DNA of 64,000 nucleotides, taken from NCBI GenBank assembly GCA_963968595.1, contig CAXAHJ010000004.1:19273-83272 (forward strand), written 5' to 3'. Of this stretch, positions 1 through 8,861 are shown piece by piece. The notes below the pieces were generated by a model. The model was not told the origin of the DNA and searched no databases. It saw nothing but the letters and a program-made list of their open reading frames with translations. The translations under genes and the position numbers were made by a program. Every line of letters begins with the position of its first letter. The stretch's first letter is position 1. The stretch comes from an uncultured Opitutales bacterium (GTDB lineage Bacteria > Verrucomicrobiota > Verrucomicrobiia > Opitutales > Seribacteraceae).

Positions 1-321
1 TCCCTGCACGGGGTTGCCCTTGTCGGTACGGTAGAAAACGCCGGAGTTGGCTCCGGGAGAGAGCTTGTAGGCCAAGGACAATTCGAAATCGGCGAATTCC
101 CGCTTGGTCCACAGGTAGCCCATGCCCCGAATGCGGGTTTTGCCCTTGGCGTCCTGTTGATCCCGCATCCGACAGACAACGGATCCATCCTTCTCGATTT
201 CCCACGAGCCTTTGGCGAACTCGAAATGATCCAAGTTCTTGCCGTCGAAGAGGACTTCGGCGGATACATGTTGAATGGCTCCGAAAATAAAGATAGTCGA
301 AAATATGAGGACAGTTTTCAT
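1..321 (-). CDS. DUF1080 / 3-keto-disaccharide hydrolase-like secreted protein, N-terminal 107 codons (gene runs off the left edge)
   Basis: Own minus-strand translation from ATG at 321-319: MKTVLIFSTIFIFGAIQHVSAEVLFDGKNLDHFEFAKGSWEIEKDGSVVCR...GYLWTKREFADFELSLAYKLSPGANSGVFYRTDKGNPVQG. It has a signal peptide plus the LF.GK.L / W.ve.dG / dFeL..ey.l..g.NSG.f.R pattern typical of DUF1080. It is absent from the ORF track because the window edge truncates it. Confidence 0.7.
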   Translation of the reverse strand, partial: MKTVLIFSTIFIFGAIQHVSAEVLFDGKNLDHFEFAKGSWEIEKDGSVVCRMRDQQDAKGKTRIRGMGYLWTKREFADFELSLAYKLSPGANSGVFYRTDKGNPVQG

Positions 322-442
322 CTAGAGCATTACTGGAGAAACGGCGATGCGGGTCAATGGCTTAGGTGGGGTCCAATCGTTGTTTCGGGAGAGCGTCCGC
401 TACGCTTGACCGCGCGAATGCGAATCATAGGATGGATGGCAC

Positions 443-1087
443 ATGAAAGGTCTCCTCACGATTCTTTGCCTGTCGTCGTCGCTGGCAGGTTGCCAAAAGC
501 CCGACCTGGAGGACCCCGACGTGTTCGAGGAAATCGCATCGCAAGCGATCGACCTCAGTACGGTGGAAGCAAAGAGAGTAAAGGGCCTGTTGGTGTTGTG
601 CATCCCCAATACCGAAAAACCGTACTCGGGATGGGTGAAGGAAACCCACGACAACGGGCAACTTAAGAGATTGGGATACCTGAACGACGGGGCGAAGGAC
701 GGTCCCTGGACTTCTTGGCACGAAAACGGGCGAAAGCAGTTGGAGATTCGCTACGAAAAAGACGTGATGCACGGAATCATGTCCACATGGTATCCGAATG
801 GACAAAAAAAGGGGACGGGTCGAATCAAAGACGGGGAAATGGACGGACGATGGGAAGAGTGGTACGAGAACGGCTGGAAATCAAAAGTGCAGAACTGCGA
901 CTTCGGCAAACTCGTATCAGCCACAGTCTGGGAGCCGAATGGCGAAAAGTGCCCCGTAACCGACGTCGTGAACGGAAACGGGGAACTGATCGACTACAAC
1001 GAGGACGGCACGATCGATAAACGCTACACCATTAAGAACGGTGTCGGGATAGAGGACTCCAATCGTACGGGCGAAACCTCCCCTTGA
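443..1087 (+). CDS. lipoprotein with MORN-variant (YwqK-like) repeats
   Basis: ATG at 443. Lipobox-like signal MKGLLTILCLSSSLAGC. Repeated G.W..W(H/Y)(E/P)NG.K units: GPWTSWHENGRK, GIMSTWYPNGQK, GRWEEWYENGWK. Confidence 0.75.
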   Translation: MKGLLTILCLSSSLAGCQKPDLEDPDVFEEIASQAIDLSTVEAKRVKGLLVLCIPNTEKPYSGWVKETHDNGQLKRLGYLNDGAKDGPWTSWHENGRKQLEIRYEKDVMHGIMSTWYPNGQKKGTGRIKDGEMDGRWEEWYENGWKSKVQNCDFGKLVSATVWEPNGEKCPVTDVVNGNGELIDYNEDGTIDKRYTIKNGVGIEDSNRTGETSP

Positions 1088-1123
1088 GCTCGACCACCGC
1101 CCCACCCCACCAAGTTTGAGGGC

Positions 1124-1849
1124 CTAGCAACTGGTTTGGGCCACATAGACAGCGCCTTTGGAAGTGCCCCCCAGCAAGGGATTGGCAAATTCGATGGTGC
1201 GAGCTTCCGCCTGAGCGAACACCTTGCCCAAATGCTCGGTAAAAGTGGCTTCGGGTTCACCGTCCGCCCAGAGGGCAAACACGCCTCCCGGGCACAAGTG
1301 TCGAGCAAGCTCCCCCAGACCCTCTTCACTGTAGAAACGCTCGTTCGTACAGTTCAATAGGTTTGTCGGGGTGTGATCGATGTCGAGCAAGATGGCATCA
1401 TGTTTCTTTGCCGGGGCATTTGGATCAAAACTGGTCTCGAGGTTGCGTGAGAGAGCAAAAAAGTCGGCGTGTACCAGCCGGCAACGCGAATCGTCGGTCA
1501 ACACTTTACCCAAAGGGACCAAGCCTTGTTGGTGCCACTCGATCACCGCCTCCAGATAATCGACTACGACAAGGGACGAGACACGCGAATCCTCCAAGGC
1601 GGAAACCGCGGTGTAACCAAGGCCAAGTCCGCCAACGACGACATCGATCTCGTCTTTTTCCAACACGCCAAGCCCAAGTTTAGACAACTGGTGCTCCGCC
1701 TCATGAAAGAGGCTGGACATCAGAAAATCGTCGCCGAGTTTCACCTCGTATATGTCGAGATCACCGAATTGAGGCATACGACGACGACGCAAGAGCAGAT
1801 CCCCCAGTGGAGTCTGTCGAAAGTCCAGTTCCTCGAAGCTCAAGCTCAT
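1124..1849 (-). CDS. spermidine synthase-like (aminopropyltransferase-fold) SAM-dependent transferase
   Basis: 241-aa ORF with ATG at 1849. Motifs: glycine motif VVGGLGLGYT, VVVDYLEAVIEW, ILLDIDH and FYSEEGLGELARHLCPGGVFALW, as in spermidine/spermine synthase family proteins. Confidence 0.65.
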   Translation of the reverse strand: MSLSFEELDFRQTPLGDLLLRRRRMPQFGDLDIYEVKLGDDFLMSSLFHEAEHQLSKLGLGVLEKDEIDVVVGGLGLGYTAVSALEDSRVSSLVVVDYLEAVIEWHQQGLVPLGKVLTDDSRCRLVHADFFALSRNLETSFDPNAPAKKHDAILLDIDHTPTNLLNCTNERFYSEEGLGELARHLCPGGVFALWADGEPEATFTEHLGKVFAQAEARTIEFANPLLGGTSKGAVYVAQTSC

Positions 1850-2007
1850 ACTTGCATCAAGAGATAGTCGAAGCTGTCAGGAAGTTCAATGGGAGATTGC
1901 GTCGATGGTCGTCCCAAAGTTCAAGGATGCCGGATAGAGTAACAGGCTTAACGTTAGAGTTGAACTAGGAGTAAAAGCCATATGGCCTGTTCGGGTGCTT
2001 AGCATAA

Positions 2008-2184
2008 AGCTTCGGCCGATTCATCGATAAGAAAATACAGGAAGTCCGCTATCAGAACGATAAAAGAGATGGCTTATGGATTAATTACGATCAAGGCGGA
2101 AAGGAAAGTCATCGGATTGCCTATCAAAATGGTATCGAGACAAGGGAGTTGATAACACTGTTCTGCCATCCCACGCCATTTTAA
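2008..2184 (+). pseudogene. short start-less remnant of a MORN-variant repeat gene
   Basis: Own translation in the frame of nt 2008: SFGRFIDKKIQEVRYQNDKRDGLWINYDQGGKESHRIAYQNGIETRELITLFCHPTPF(stop). An in-frame TAA lies directly upstream at 2005. The peptide carries Y.N(D/G)...G.W units like the intact gene at 443-1087, but no plausible start codon precedes them. Confidence 0.3.
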
Positions 2185-2295
2185 AAGAAGTGAGACGAAA
2201 CCGAGGTTGACAAACCGACAAAGGCATTGCCCAATTACTTTCACCCTCTTCCATCCAAGTTACTCGCTTCCCACGAAAACCATACTCTTCATCCC

Positions 2296-2625
2296 ATGAA
2301 CGCCGAACGACTTGCCTATTTTCGCGAATCCTTGGAGTCCCTTGCCGAAGAAATCAAGGCGTACTTGACCTCCAGCAAGGAATCCGCCGGCGTAGTCGAA
2401 TTGGATACCTCGATTGGCCGCCTCTCGAGAATGGACGCCATGCAAAACCAACAAATGGCAATGGAACTACGGCGACGGAAAAAGAATCAGTTGCTACAAA
2501 TCACCAATGCCCTCAACAGGATCGATCAAGGCTCTTATGGGCAGTGCGGTCTATGTCGACAACCGATTTCCGAAGACCGACTCGAAGCCTTTCCAGAAAT
2601 AGTTGCCTGCGTAAACTGCGCCTAG
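2296..2625 (+). CDS. TraR/DksA-family C4 zinc-finger regulator
   Basis: C-terminal CGLC-N17-CVNC zinc finger preceded by a helical region (RMDAMQNQQMAMELRRRKKNQLLQI). The ORF opens at TTG 2227; the first ATG is at 2296. Confidence 0.75.
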   Translation: MNAERLAYFRESLESLAEEIKAYLTSSKESAGVVELDTSIGRLSRMDAMQNQQMAMELRRRKKNQLLQITNALNRIDQGSYGQCGLCRQPISEDRLEAFPEIVACVNCA

Positions 2626-2636
2626 GTCTCGCTTAC

Positions 2637-4012
2637 TTGGCGGGGTTGCAATTCAAAACGGCATCCTTGGTCGAAGTCACTACCGCCCAAAGTGATCTGG
2701 TCAAGGATTACAATGCGACCCGTCCCTTGCCTCAAACCTTCGGAAATCTGAGTTTGGAGAGCGACCCTTTCGTTAATGCCGCGACAAAAGACTCTCAATT
2801 AGCTGTCCTCCATGCGCTTTTTGACCCGAAGGCGGGTTATCGTCTGCCGGGCACTTACGACAAAGCGAAACTGAAGGCATTATTCTTGGACGTCAGGGCC
2901 GGATATTTCGTCAAGACTGAAGGCATCGACGAACACATCCGCCGAGAGTACCACACCTTTACCCACGCCATAGATATCGTCGTAACCACTCACGGGCTCT
3001 TGCGCGGGGGTGTCGCCGTATTTCTGAATGAGCACGAGCAAATCCGCCCTCGTCTTTGCTGCACTCTCCCACGACATATTGCATTCAAGCGTAAGCAACG
3101 CCTTCCTCATCAACGTCGATCATGCTCTATCCAAGAAATGGGGATCCAAGAGCTTGCAGGAGCGGCGTTCCGCAGATCATACCTTAACGCTGTTGGACAA
3201 GCACAAGGTTCTTGTGGTGGAAGATGGAATGGAGGAGAAGCTTGAAAAGCTCCATCGCCGATGCTCGTAGAATTATCGAGGAATCCATTCTCTGGACGGA
3301 CATGGCGCGCCACAAGGAGCAGATGGAAAAGGTAGCAGCTTCCTTGGATGAAATGACTGCCGCCTTGCAAGAAGTCCGTAAGGGGGAAACCAAGAAAGGC
3401 GGAGCCACCGTTGAGGATGTTCGCGCCGGAGTGAACGTCTCATCTATCCTCGACAAGGAAACCCGCATCTTGCTTGCGGCATTTCTTCTTCATTGCGCCG
3501 ACATCAGCAATCCCTCGAAAGATTGGGCATTATGCGAACGATGGGCAGTGATCGTGATGAACGAATTCTTTTCACAAGGAGACGTCGAGAGAAAGCTCGG
3601 GCATAAACTTTCCATGAACTGCGACCGAGTATCGGTCTCGGTTTCCAAATGCCAGCTAGGGTTTGGGAATTATGTCATTCGCTCTCTATTGCAACTGCTT
3701 GAAAAGCTGGTCTATACGGCGGGAATTCAGTCGCTCGAGAACTTTGAGCAAAATCACAAGCATTGGGAAGAAATTGCCAAAAAGGAGGCCGAAAGCGGGA
3801 AACCTTATTTGATAAAACTTAACCCACCTTCAAAGGAAGGCGGGTGGCTAGGCGAACTCCGAGAAGGAGAGCAAGGGCAGACTTCCCTCTCTGGCTTTGA
3901 TGAGCCTAATTTAACTCATGTTTACCGCAAACAGGTAAAGGCGAATTGTAAACAAACACCTATAGTCGAATGGTGCGGGAGGCGGGACTCGAACCCGCGA
4001 CCGATGGTTTAG
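2637..4012 (+). pseudogene. class I (eukaryote-type) 3',5'-cyclic-nucleotide phosphodiesterase, interrupted by two +1 frameshifts
   Basis: Consecutive PDE catalytic-domain motifs lie in three successive frames. First frame: YHTFTHAIDIV, stop at 3243. +1 frame: AALSHDILHSSVSNAFLINVDHAL, stop at 3268. +2 frame: ILWTDMARH, LLHCADISNPSKDW, EFFSQGDVERKLG, QLGFGNYV, stop at 4010. The junctions are at about 3045-3049 and 3250-3256. The 5' end is uncertain (TTG at 2637 is one candidate). Confidence 0.7.
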
Positions 4013-4047
4013 AAAACCATTGCTCTATCCAGCTGAGCTACTCCCGC
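3971..4047 (-). tRNA. tRNA-Arg (anticodon TCT), CCA encoded
   Basis: The reverse complement reads GCGGGAGTAGCTCAGCTGGATAGAGCAATGGTTTTCTAAACCATCGGTCGCGGGTTCGAGTCCCGCCTCCCGCACCA. Acceptor GCGGGAG/CTCCCGC; anticodon stem ATGGT/ACCAT with loop TTTCTAA; T arm GCGGG-TTCGAGT-CCCGC. Confidence 0.95.
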
Positions 4048-4217
4048 GCAAAAAAGAACCCGTTCAAAGAGTTTAGGTATAGGATGAACTTTGGTCTTTG
4101 GAGGGGCAACAAAGATTTTGAGTTCCAAAAATATTCACTGAGAAATTATAGCTGACTCGTTGGAGATTGTAGCCATATTGATGGGAGTTATTATAAAGTA
4201 ACCAATTATCGAAACTC

Positions 4218-4721
4218 ATGCCCGCACCACCTCCAGGACAAGCGATCTACATATCAAAAGGAGATCAGGACCTCGGTCCTTTCACTTTCGCCGAATTGGT
4301 CGAGCAGATGTCGAAGAAACAGTTCGGACCTACAGACTTGGCTTGGCACCAAGGAGTGAGCAACTGGATGGCTCTGGAACAATTGCCGGAATGGCCAACG
4401 ATTCAGGAAAAGCTTAAGCCCGCAAATAAGCCAGGCGTAGCTCCCCCACCCTTGGAGATCAAGAAAGCACCGCCAATGGCAACGGGACCCGCTTTGTTTG
4501 AAGACGCCGGGGACCAATCCGGTGTGGCAATGAACAAGAGCACCGCCACATCCGCGCCTCAAGTCGCCCCACAAGCAGCACCGGCAACTGCGAGCGACGG
4601 AGGAGGCTCGGGGATTCTCAGCAAATTGTTGGTATCCATGGCCGTTCTGTTCTTCTTGGCGGCCGTCGGGTTCGCTGGGTTCATCCTCTACAAGAACTGG
4701 GATAAACTCGGACTTCAATAG
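4218..4721 (+). CDS. GYF_2 (DUF4339) domain protein with Pro/Ala-rich linker and C-terminal TM helix
   Basis: ATG at 4218. N-terminus YISKGDQDLGPFTFAELVEQMSKKQFGPTDLAWHQGVSNWMALEQLPEW matches the bacterial GYF_2 pattern. C-terminal hydrophobic stretch LLVSMAVLFFLAAVGFAGFILY. Confidence 0.7.
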   Translation: MPAPPPGQAIYISKGDQDLGPFTFAELVEQMSKKQFGPTDLAWHQGVSNWMALEQLPEWPTIQEKLKPANKPGVAPPPLEIKKAPPMATGPALFEDAGDQSGVAMNKSTATSAPQVAPQAAPATASDGGGSGILSKLLVSMAVLFFLAAVGFAGFILYKNWDKLGLQ

Positions 4722-4881
4722 CGGCTTGTAGTAAAAATCCTCTCGCCACGAAGAATCGATTACTACTCCGGCTAGATGATTCTCCCCACCCCTATCCTGC
4801 CACTTGCACGATCGTTAGGCCAACTTGTCGAGTAAACGGCAGAATACTATTGGAGTGTAAGAGCCGAAGGTTCGGTTTCCT

Positions 4882-5517
4882 TCAGGAGATTTCGACGTCA
4901 TCCAAGCTATGGATGCCCTCCACAACATCGGACTGCATGGGATCCCTATTTGCGACAGCTTGTTCGATGACGTGCCCCTTGAGCTCATTGTATCGATCAA
5001 TGCTGACGAGAAACTTCTCCTGAATCCTTTTCGCGGGGAATTTCCGCTGGTTGTTCGCGAGTTTCTTACCACCCGTTTCACCGTCCTCTTCCACATTCTT
5101 CCAGATACAGGCCAAAAGTTCTCTGTAGTTGGCATCACCTTCCTCGTAAGGTCTGTTGTTCCGCCGCGGTTTTTTCTCCTTTGCAAGAAATTCGAGCTCT
5201 TCCCTCAGCTTTACTTTGAGATGCTCGGGAACTAAGTTCGAGATACGTTCTTCTCCTGCCAGACTGAATGCGATCTCCAATATCAGAGAAACTGCATTTT
5301 CATCAAAATACTTCGCCGCTGCTTCAGCTTCCAGAGCCCATTTTTCAATAGTCTGAGATTTCTGTTTATTTCTGACTTCCGCTTCGGCAGCCTTTGCTTG
5401 AGCAAGCTCTTGCTCAAGGTCTCTTGTCTTTCTAGCATGCTCTGCAAAAGCATCTTCCAAGTCTTGGACGGAGTCGGGGCTACTTCTAATTCTCGAATTT
5501 AGGTCTGAGGTCATCAT
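4882..5517 (-). CDS. hypothetical protein, charged and probably helical, no recognisable domain
   Basis: 211-aa ORF with ATG at 5517. The N-terminal third is rich in E/A/K/Q (LEQELAQAKAAEAEVRNKQKSQTIEKWALEAEAAAKY). It looks AT-richer than neighbouring genes by eye. It is followed upstream by about 240 nt of AT-rich non-coding DNA. Confidence 0.5.
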   Translation of the reverse strand: MMTSDLNSRIRSSPDSVQDLEDAFAEHARKTRDLEQELAQAKAAEAEVRNKQKSQTIEKWALEAEAAAKYFDENAVSLILEIAFSLAGEERISNLVPEHLKVKLREELEFLAKEKKPRRNNRPYEEGDANYRELLACIWKNVEEDGETGGKKLANNQRKFPAKRIQEKFLVSIDRYNELKGHVIEQAVANRDPMQSDVVEGIHSLDDVEIS

Positions 5518-5683
5518 TATTCAACAAACAGGTGAAAGATAAGATTTAAAAGTTTCATAGATAGAAGTAACAGGGTCAAATAAATAATGATATAAATTCC
5601 TTATTGTTCTTAACCTACTGCCCTTTAGTATGTAGTTCAAAGGAATAGCCAAGATAAGAACTTCCCATTATGAGTTCGTTTGT

Positions 5684-5710
5684 CTGAAAACAGTCGGCAA
5701 GTTTGCCGAC
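5684..5710 (-). terminator. candidate intrinsic terminator after ymdB
   Basis: On the minus strand: GTCGGCA-AACT-TGCCGAC (7-bp stem, plus coordinates 5693-5710) followed by TGTTTTC. It lies 46 nt downstream of the ymdB stop. Confidence 0.5.
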
Positions 5711-5755
5711 AAGTGAAAATTGTTTTGCCCCGACCTAGTTGCGAGGATGCCTAAA

Positions 5756-6556
5756 CTAATCTTCTTCGCGTACTTCCACGCGACGGATAGAGCGAGCGAG
5801 GCCAGTACTGTTGTCGATTTCAAAAACGACTCCCTGCAAACCGACGTCGCCTTCCGCCACTAGGCACTTCCGTGGCAAACCGTCGATAAATCGGCCGACA
5901 CATGCCTCCACTTGGCGACCAATCACGGAATGTCGCGGACCTGTCATGCCAACATCCGTCTGGTACGCCGTACCGGCAGGCAGGATGCGGCCATCGGCAG
6001 TGGGAATATGCGTATGGGTTCCCAAGACTGCGGCCACCTTGCCATCCATATGCCAACCGAAAGCGACTTTCTCGGCAGTAGTCTCGGCATGAATCTCCAC
6101 CAGGATTGCATCCGTCTTTTCTCGGAGTTCCTCCACGATGCGATCCGCCGTGGCAAAAGGACAATCCACGTTTGGCTTCATGAAACTACGACCGAGCACC
6201 GTGAAAATCCCGAGCCGAAACCCATTCTTAGCGACTACTAGGCGAGGCCGGCCGGGATTGCTTGAATGAAGATTGGCCGGACGACAAACGAGGGCAAGCC
6301 CGTCGATTTCATTGTTGAAGTTCTTCTGGTCCCAAACGTGATCACCTAGCGTAAGGGCATCGATACCGTACCCGAGAAGTTCTAATGCGATCTTACCGGT
6401 AATACCTGCTCCACCGGCGGCATTCTCGCCATTGGCGACAACCAAGTCGAAGCCATGCTCCTGTCGGTAGGCCGACAGGCGTTCCTTCAGAAAACGGCGA
6501 CCGGGACGACCTACAACGTCTCCGAGAAATAGAATTTTTCGGGCACTAGAACTCAC
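5756..6556 (-). CDS. ymdB: YmdB-family metallophosphoesterase (2',3'-cyclic-nucleotide 2'-phosphodiesterase family)
   Basis: ILFLGDVVGRPGR, VVANGENAAGGAGIT, HAETTAEK, GTHTHIPTAD. The GTG start at 6556 overlaps the upstream stop (GTGA). Confidence 0.85.
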   Translation of the reverse strand: MSSSARKILFLGDVVGRPGRRFLKERLSAYRQEHGFDLVVANGENAAGGAGITGKIALELLGYGIDALTLGDHVWDQKNFNNEIDGLALVCRPANLHSSNPGRPRLVVAKNGFRLGIFTVLGRSFMKPNVDCPFATADRIVEELREKTDAILVEIHAETTAEKVAFGWHMDGKVAAVLGTHTHIPTADGRILPAGTAYQTDVGMTGPRHSVIGRQVEACVGRFIDGLPRKCLVAEGDVGLQGVVFEIDNSTGLARSIRRVEVREED

Positions 6557-8859
6557 TCTTGGTAATAGCAGAGAAGGCGATCGTGGACGAGGAGGACGAA
6601 ATCGTCGCGGCCATCCCCATTCAAGTCGAGCACCAGACCCTCACGTGGTTCGGATGCGCCTCCCTTGCGACCTTGATAATGAAGATTGGACTCGAACACG
6701 TGAAAGCGAAGAACGCTATTCCATTGGTTTTTCGCCTTGTCGAACCGAAGGAATTCCAAGAGGTGACGAGTCGAGTCAAGGCATAATAAGTCTAAGACAC
6801 CGTCGGAATCGAAGTCGCCGCAATCCACGGCGTTATGGGAAATGTTGCGCAAGTCGGTAGTGTAACTGGAATGAACGGATAGAACGGGAGTATCATCCGG
6901 ATCACGTGTGGGAATTCGACGGAAACCCGACTTATCAATAACCAGTAATTCAAGCGAATCCCCGACCTCCCTCTGAAGCAGGCTACGAATGTCAAATTTA
7001 CCCGTTTCAATAGACCGTGTATATCGAAAGACACCGTCAGCGTCTCGAGAAAGCACTTCGAAACCTTCCTCCGCAGGTGAGTAAAAAAGAAATTCAGGTT
7101 TTGCATCGCCCAAGACGTCGAGGGAAAACGGCGCCAAGATCTCTCCTTTTCCGGAACGGGAGTTAAACTGATCGAGAACTTCCAGTTTGTCGCCTTTAAG
7201 GGTTAATGCGCGAACGAACCCGTCACCGGCCACGAGAAGATCGGCCTTTCCATCCTCGTTCACGTCGGCAAGGCCAACGCGAGCAGGGGTCAGGTCGGCC
7301 AACATACTTTTTCGAATGGCCGAGGATGTGGCGACATGCTCTAATTTCCCTTTACCGTCACCACGAAGAAGAATAGCAGGATCTCGGAGTGACAGCACAA
7401 GTAGATCCATGTTCCCGTCCCCATCGAGATCACATGGAATAATGCCGGAAGGATCACGCTTGATGCCTTCCAATTCGAACTTGGAGGTCTCAGTAAAACC
7501 GCCTTTCCCGTCGGGCGCAAAGCGATGCAGCGTGTAATCGTAACGTTCCTTGGTAACCAAAAGAATTTCATCCAAGCCATTCGCGTCAAGGTCGGCGCAG
7601 ACGACGGTGACCGGGTCGTCCTCAAAAGCCAGGGCATCAGGAAATTGAAATCTCTTTCCAGCAAGGCATCGGGAGACGCCAACAAGTTTTTCTCCACTGC
7701 TAACCAAGACGAGACTCACCCCACCCTTTTTGCGAAAGCGTCCGGCGGAGAGAGAGGAAACCTCGCTGAAAGAGGGAAAAGTTGCGGGCGATGCAAAATC
7801 ACCATTCGCTCGTCCCTTGAGAAAGAGAATTTCCGCTCCGCTTGATGCCGCCACCATATCGTCGATTTCGTCCCCGTCGAAATCAGCAGAGACAAAGGCG
7901 GCGGGGTCGTCGCCGGAACTGAACAGATCCATGATGAGAGAGGGCCAAACAAAAGCTCCCTCGGACCGAGTATTATCGGGAGATACAGAAAAGAGAGCGA
8001 CGTCCCGGCTATCCGTCTCGATTCCGACGAAAGCGGGTTTGCCCTTCCCGCTCAAACCCTCAGGCAGAAGATTTACACCTGATCGAGATGACAGTGAATG
8101 AGAATACTCGGGGCCAAACCCCGATTTATCCCATAAGCGGGTACGTACGCCGCGATCGTCTCCCGGTGCTTGGTAAAGCCAGTCATCGTCGCCATCACCA
8201 TCGAGGTCGGCGAAGTGAAGCCCTCTTGAACGGGGCGAATCATCACGATATAGAGTTGGTTGTCCGTCGGACTCTCTTCCTTTAATGCGGAAAACTTCCA
8301 AACCTTTTTTCACATGCGCCAAGAGTTCGGGGGAACCATCGCCATCGAGATCTCTTATGGCCAAGGCTCCGGACCCCGAACGGAGAACACCGGCATCGAT
8401 CTCAACCGGGATGCTCCAAGAATCGTCCTTCTCTCTAAAACGGATGAATACGCCATCCTCCGCACCACCGTACGCAAGGTCTACCTTTCCGTTGGCATCC
8501 AGATCACCCGTCGCCAATGAAGTGACCTCGACGTCGATCGACAAATTCTCTCTCTGGTATGGAGCGTCCTCCAACACAGGTTCCCATCGATCGAAACGAG
8601 TCGAGCGGACGTTCTTCACTTTTTGACCGGGTTTTCTGCGATAAAGGATCTCTATTCGCGAACGCTCACGATTTACGAGGACGAGGTCGGCAAGATCGTC
8701 GCCGTTTACGTCAGAAGAATGAAGGGCGCGTGCATTCCAGTCGATTTTAACCACCTCCGGCCCGATAAACCGAAAGGCGGTTGCGTTACGATCCTTCTTC
8801 GCAAGAAGCGCGAACCCAGCCAAAAGGAAGATGATCGGTGTGAGAGAAACCTTTGGCAT
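6553..8859 (-). CDS. secreted FG-GAP / VCBS repeat protein
   Basis: 768 aa with an N-terminal hydrophobic signal (TPIIFLLAGFALLA). It has many D.(D/N).(D/N)G..D(L/F) calcium-loop-like repeats: DVNGDDLADLVLV, DLDANGKVDLAYG, DLDGDGSPELLA, DLDGDGDDDWLY, DLDGDGNMDLLV, DVNEDGKADLLV, DLNGDGRDDFVL. Confidence 0.8.
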   Translation of the reverse strand: MPKVSLTPIIFLLAGFALLAKKDRNATAFRFIGPEVVKIDWNARALHSSDVNGDDLADLVLVNRERSRIEILYRRKPGQKVKNVRSTRFDRWEPVLEDAPYQRENLSIDVEVTSLATGDLDANGKVDLAYGGAEDGVFIRFREKDDSWSIPVEIDAGVLRSGSGALAIRDLDGDGSPELLAHVKKGLEVFRIKGRESDGQPTLYRDDSPRSRGLHFADLDGDGDDDWLYQAPGDDRGVRTRLWDKSGFGPEYSHSLSSRSGVNLLPEGLSGKGKPAFVGIETDSRDVALFSVSPDNTRSEGAFVWPSLIMDLFSSGDDPAAFVSADFDGDEIDDMVAASSGAEILFLKGRANGDFASPATFPSFSEVSSLSAGRFRKKGGVSLVLVSSGEKLVGVSRCLAGKRFQFPDALAFEDDPVTVVCADLDANGLDEILLVTKERYDYTLHRFAPDGKGGFTETSKFELEGIKRDPSGIIPCDLDGDGNMDLLVLSLRDPAILLRGDGKGKLEHVATSSAIRKSMLADLTPARVGLADVNEDGKADLLVAGDGFVRALTLKGDKLEVLDQFNSRSGKGEILAPFSLDVLGDAKPEFLFYSPAEEGFEVLSRDADGVFRYTRSIETGKFDIRSLLQREVGDSLELLVIDKSGFRRIPTRDPDDTPVLSVHSSYTTDLRNISHNAVDCGDFDSDGVLDLLCLDSTRHLLEFLRFDKAKNQWNSVLRFHVFESNLHYQGRKGGASEPREGLVLDLNGDGRDDFVLLVHDRLLCYYQE

Positions 8860-8861
8860 CT

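Noticed and set aside
157-805. ORFs 157-666 (+), 400-654 (-) and 425-805 (-)
   Set aside because: They overlap the DUF1080 gene, its divergent promoter region and the MORN lipoprotein gene, both of which have clear motifs. These ORFs have no motifs.
3970-4155. 61-aa ORF (+) and, at 49176-49382, a 68-aa ORF (-)
   Set aside because: Both are translations of tRNA gene sequence (tRNA-Arg and tRNA-Leu respectively).
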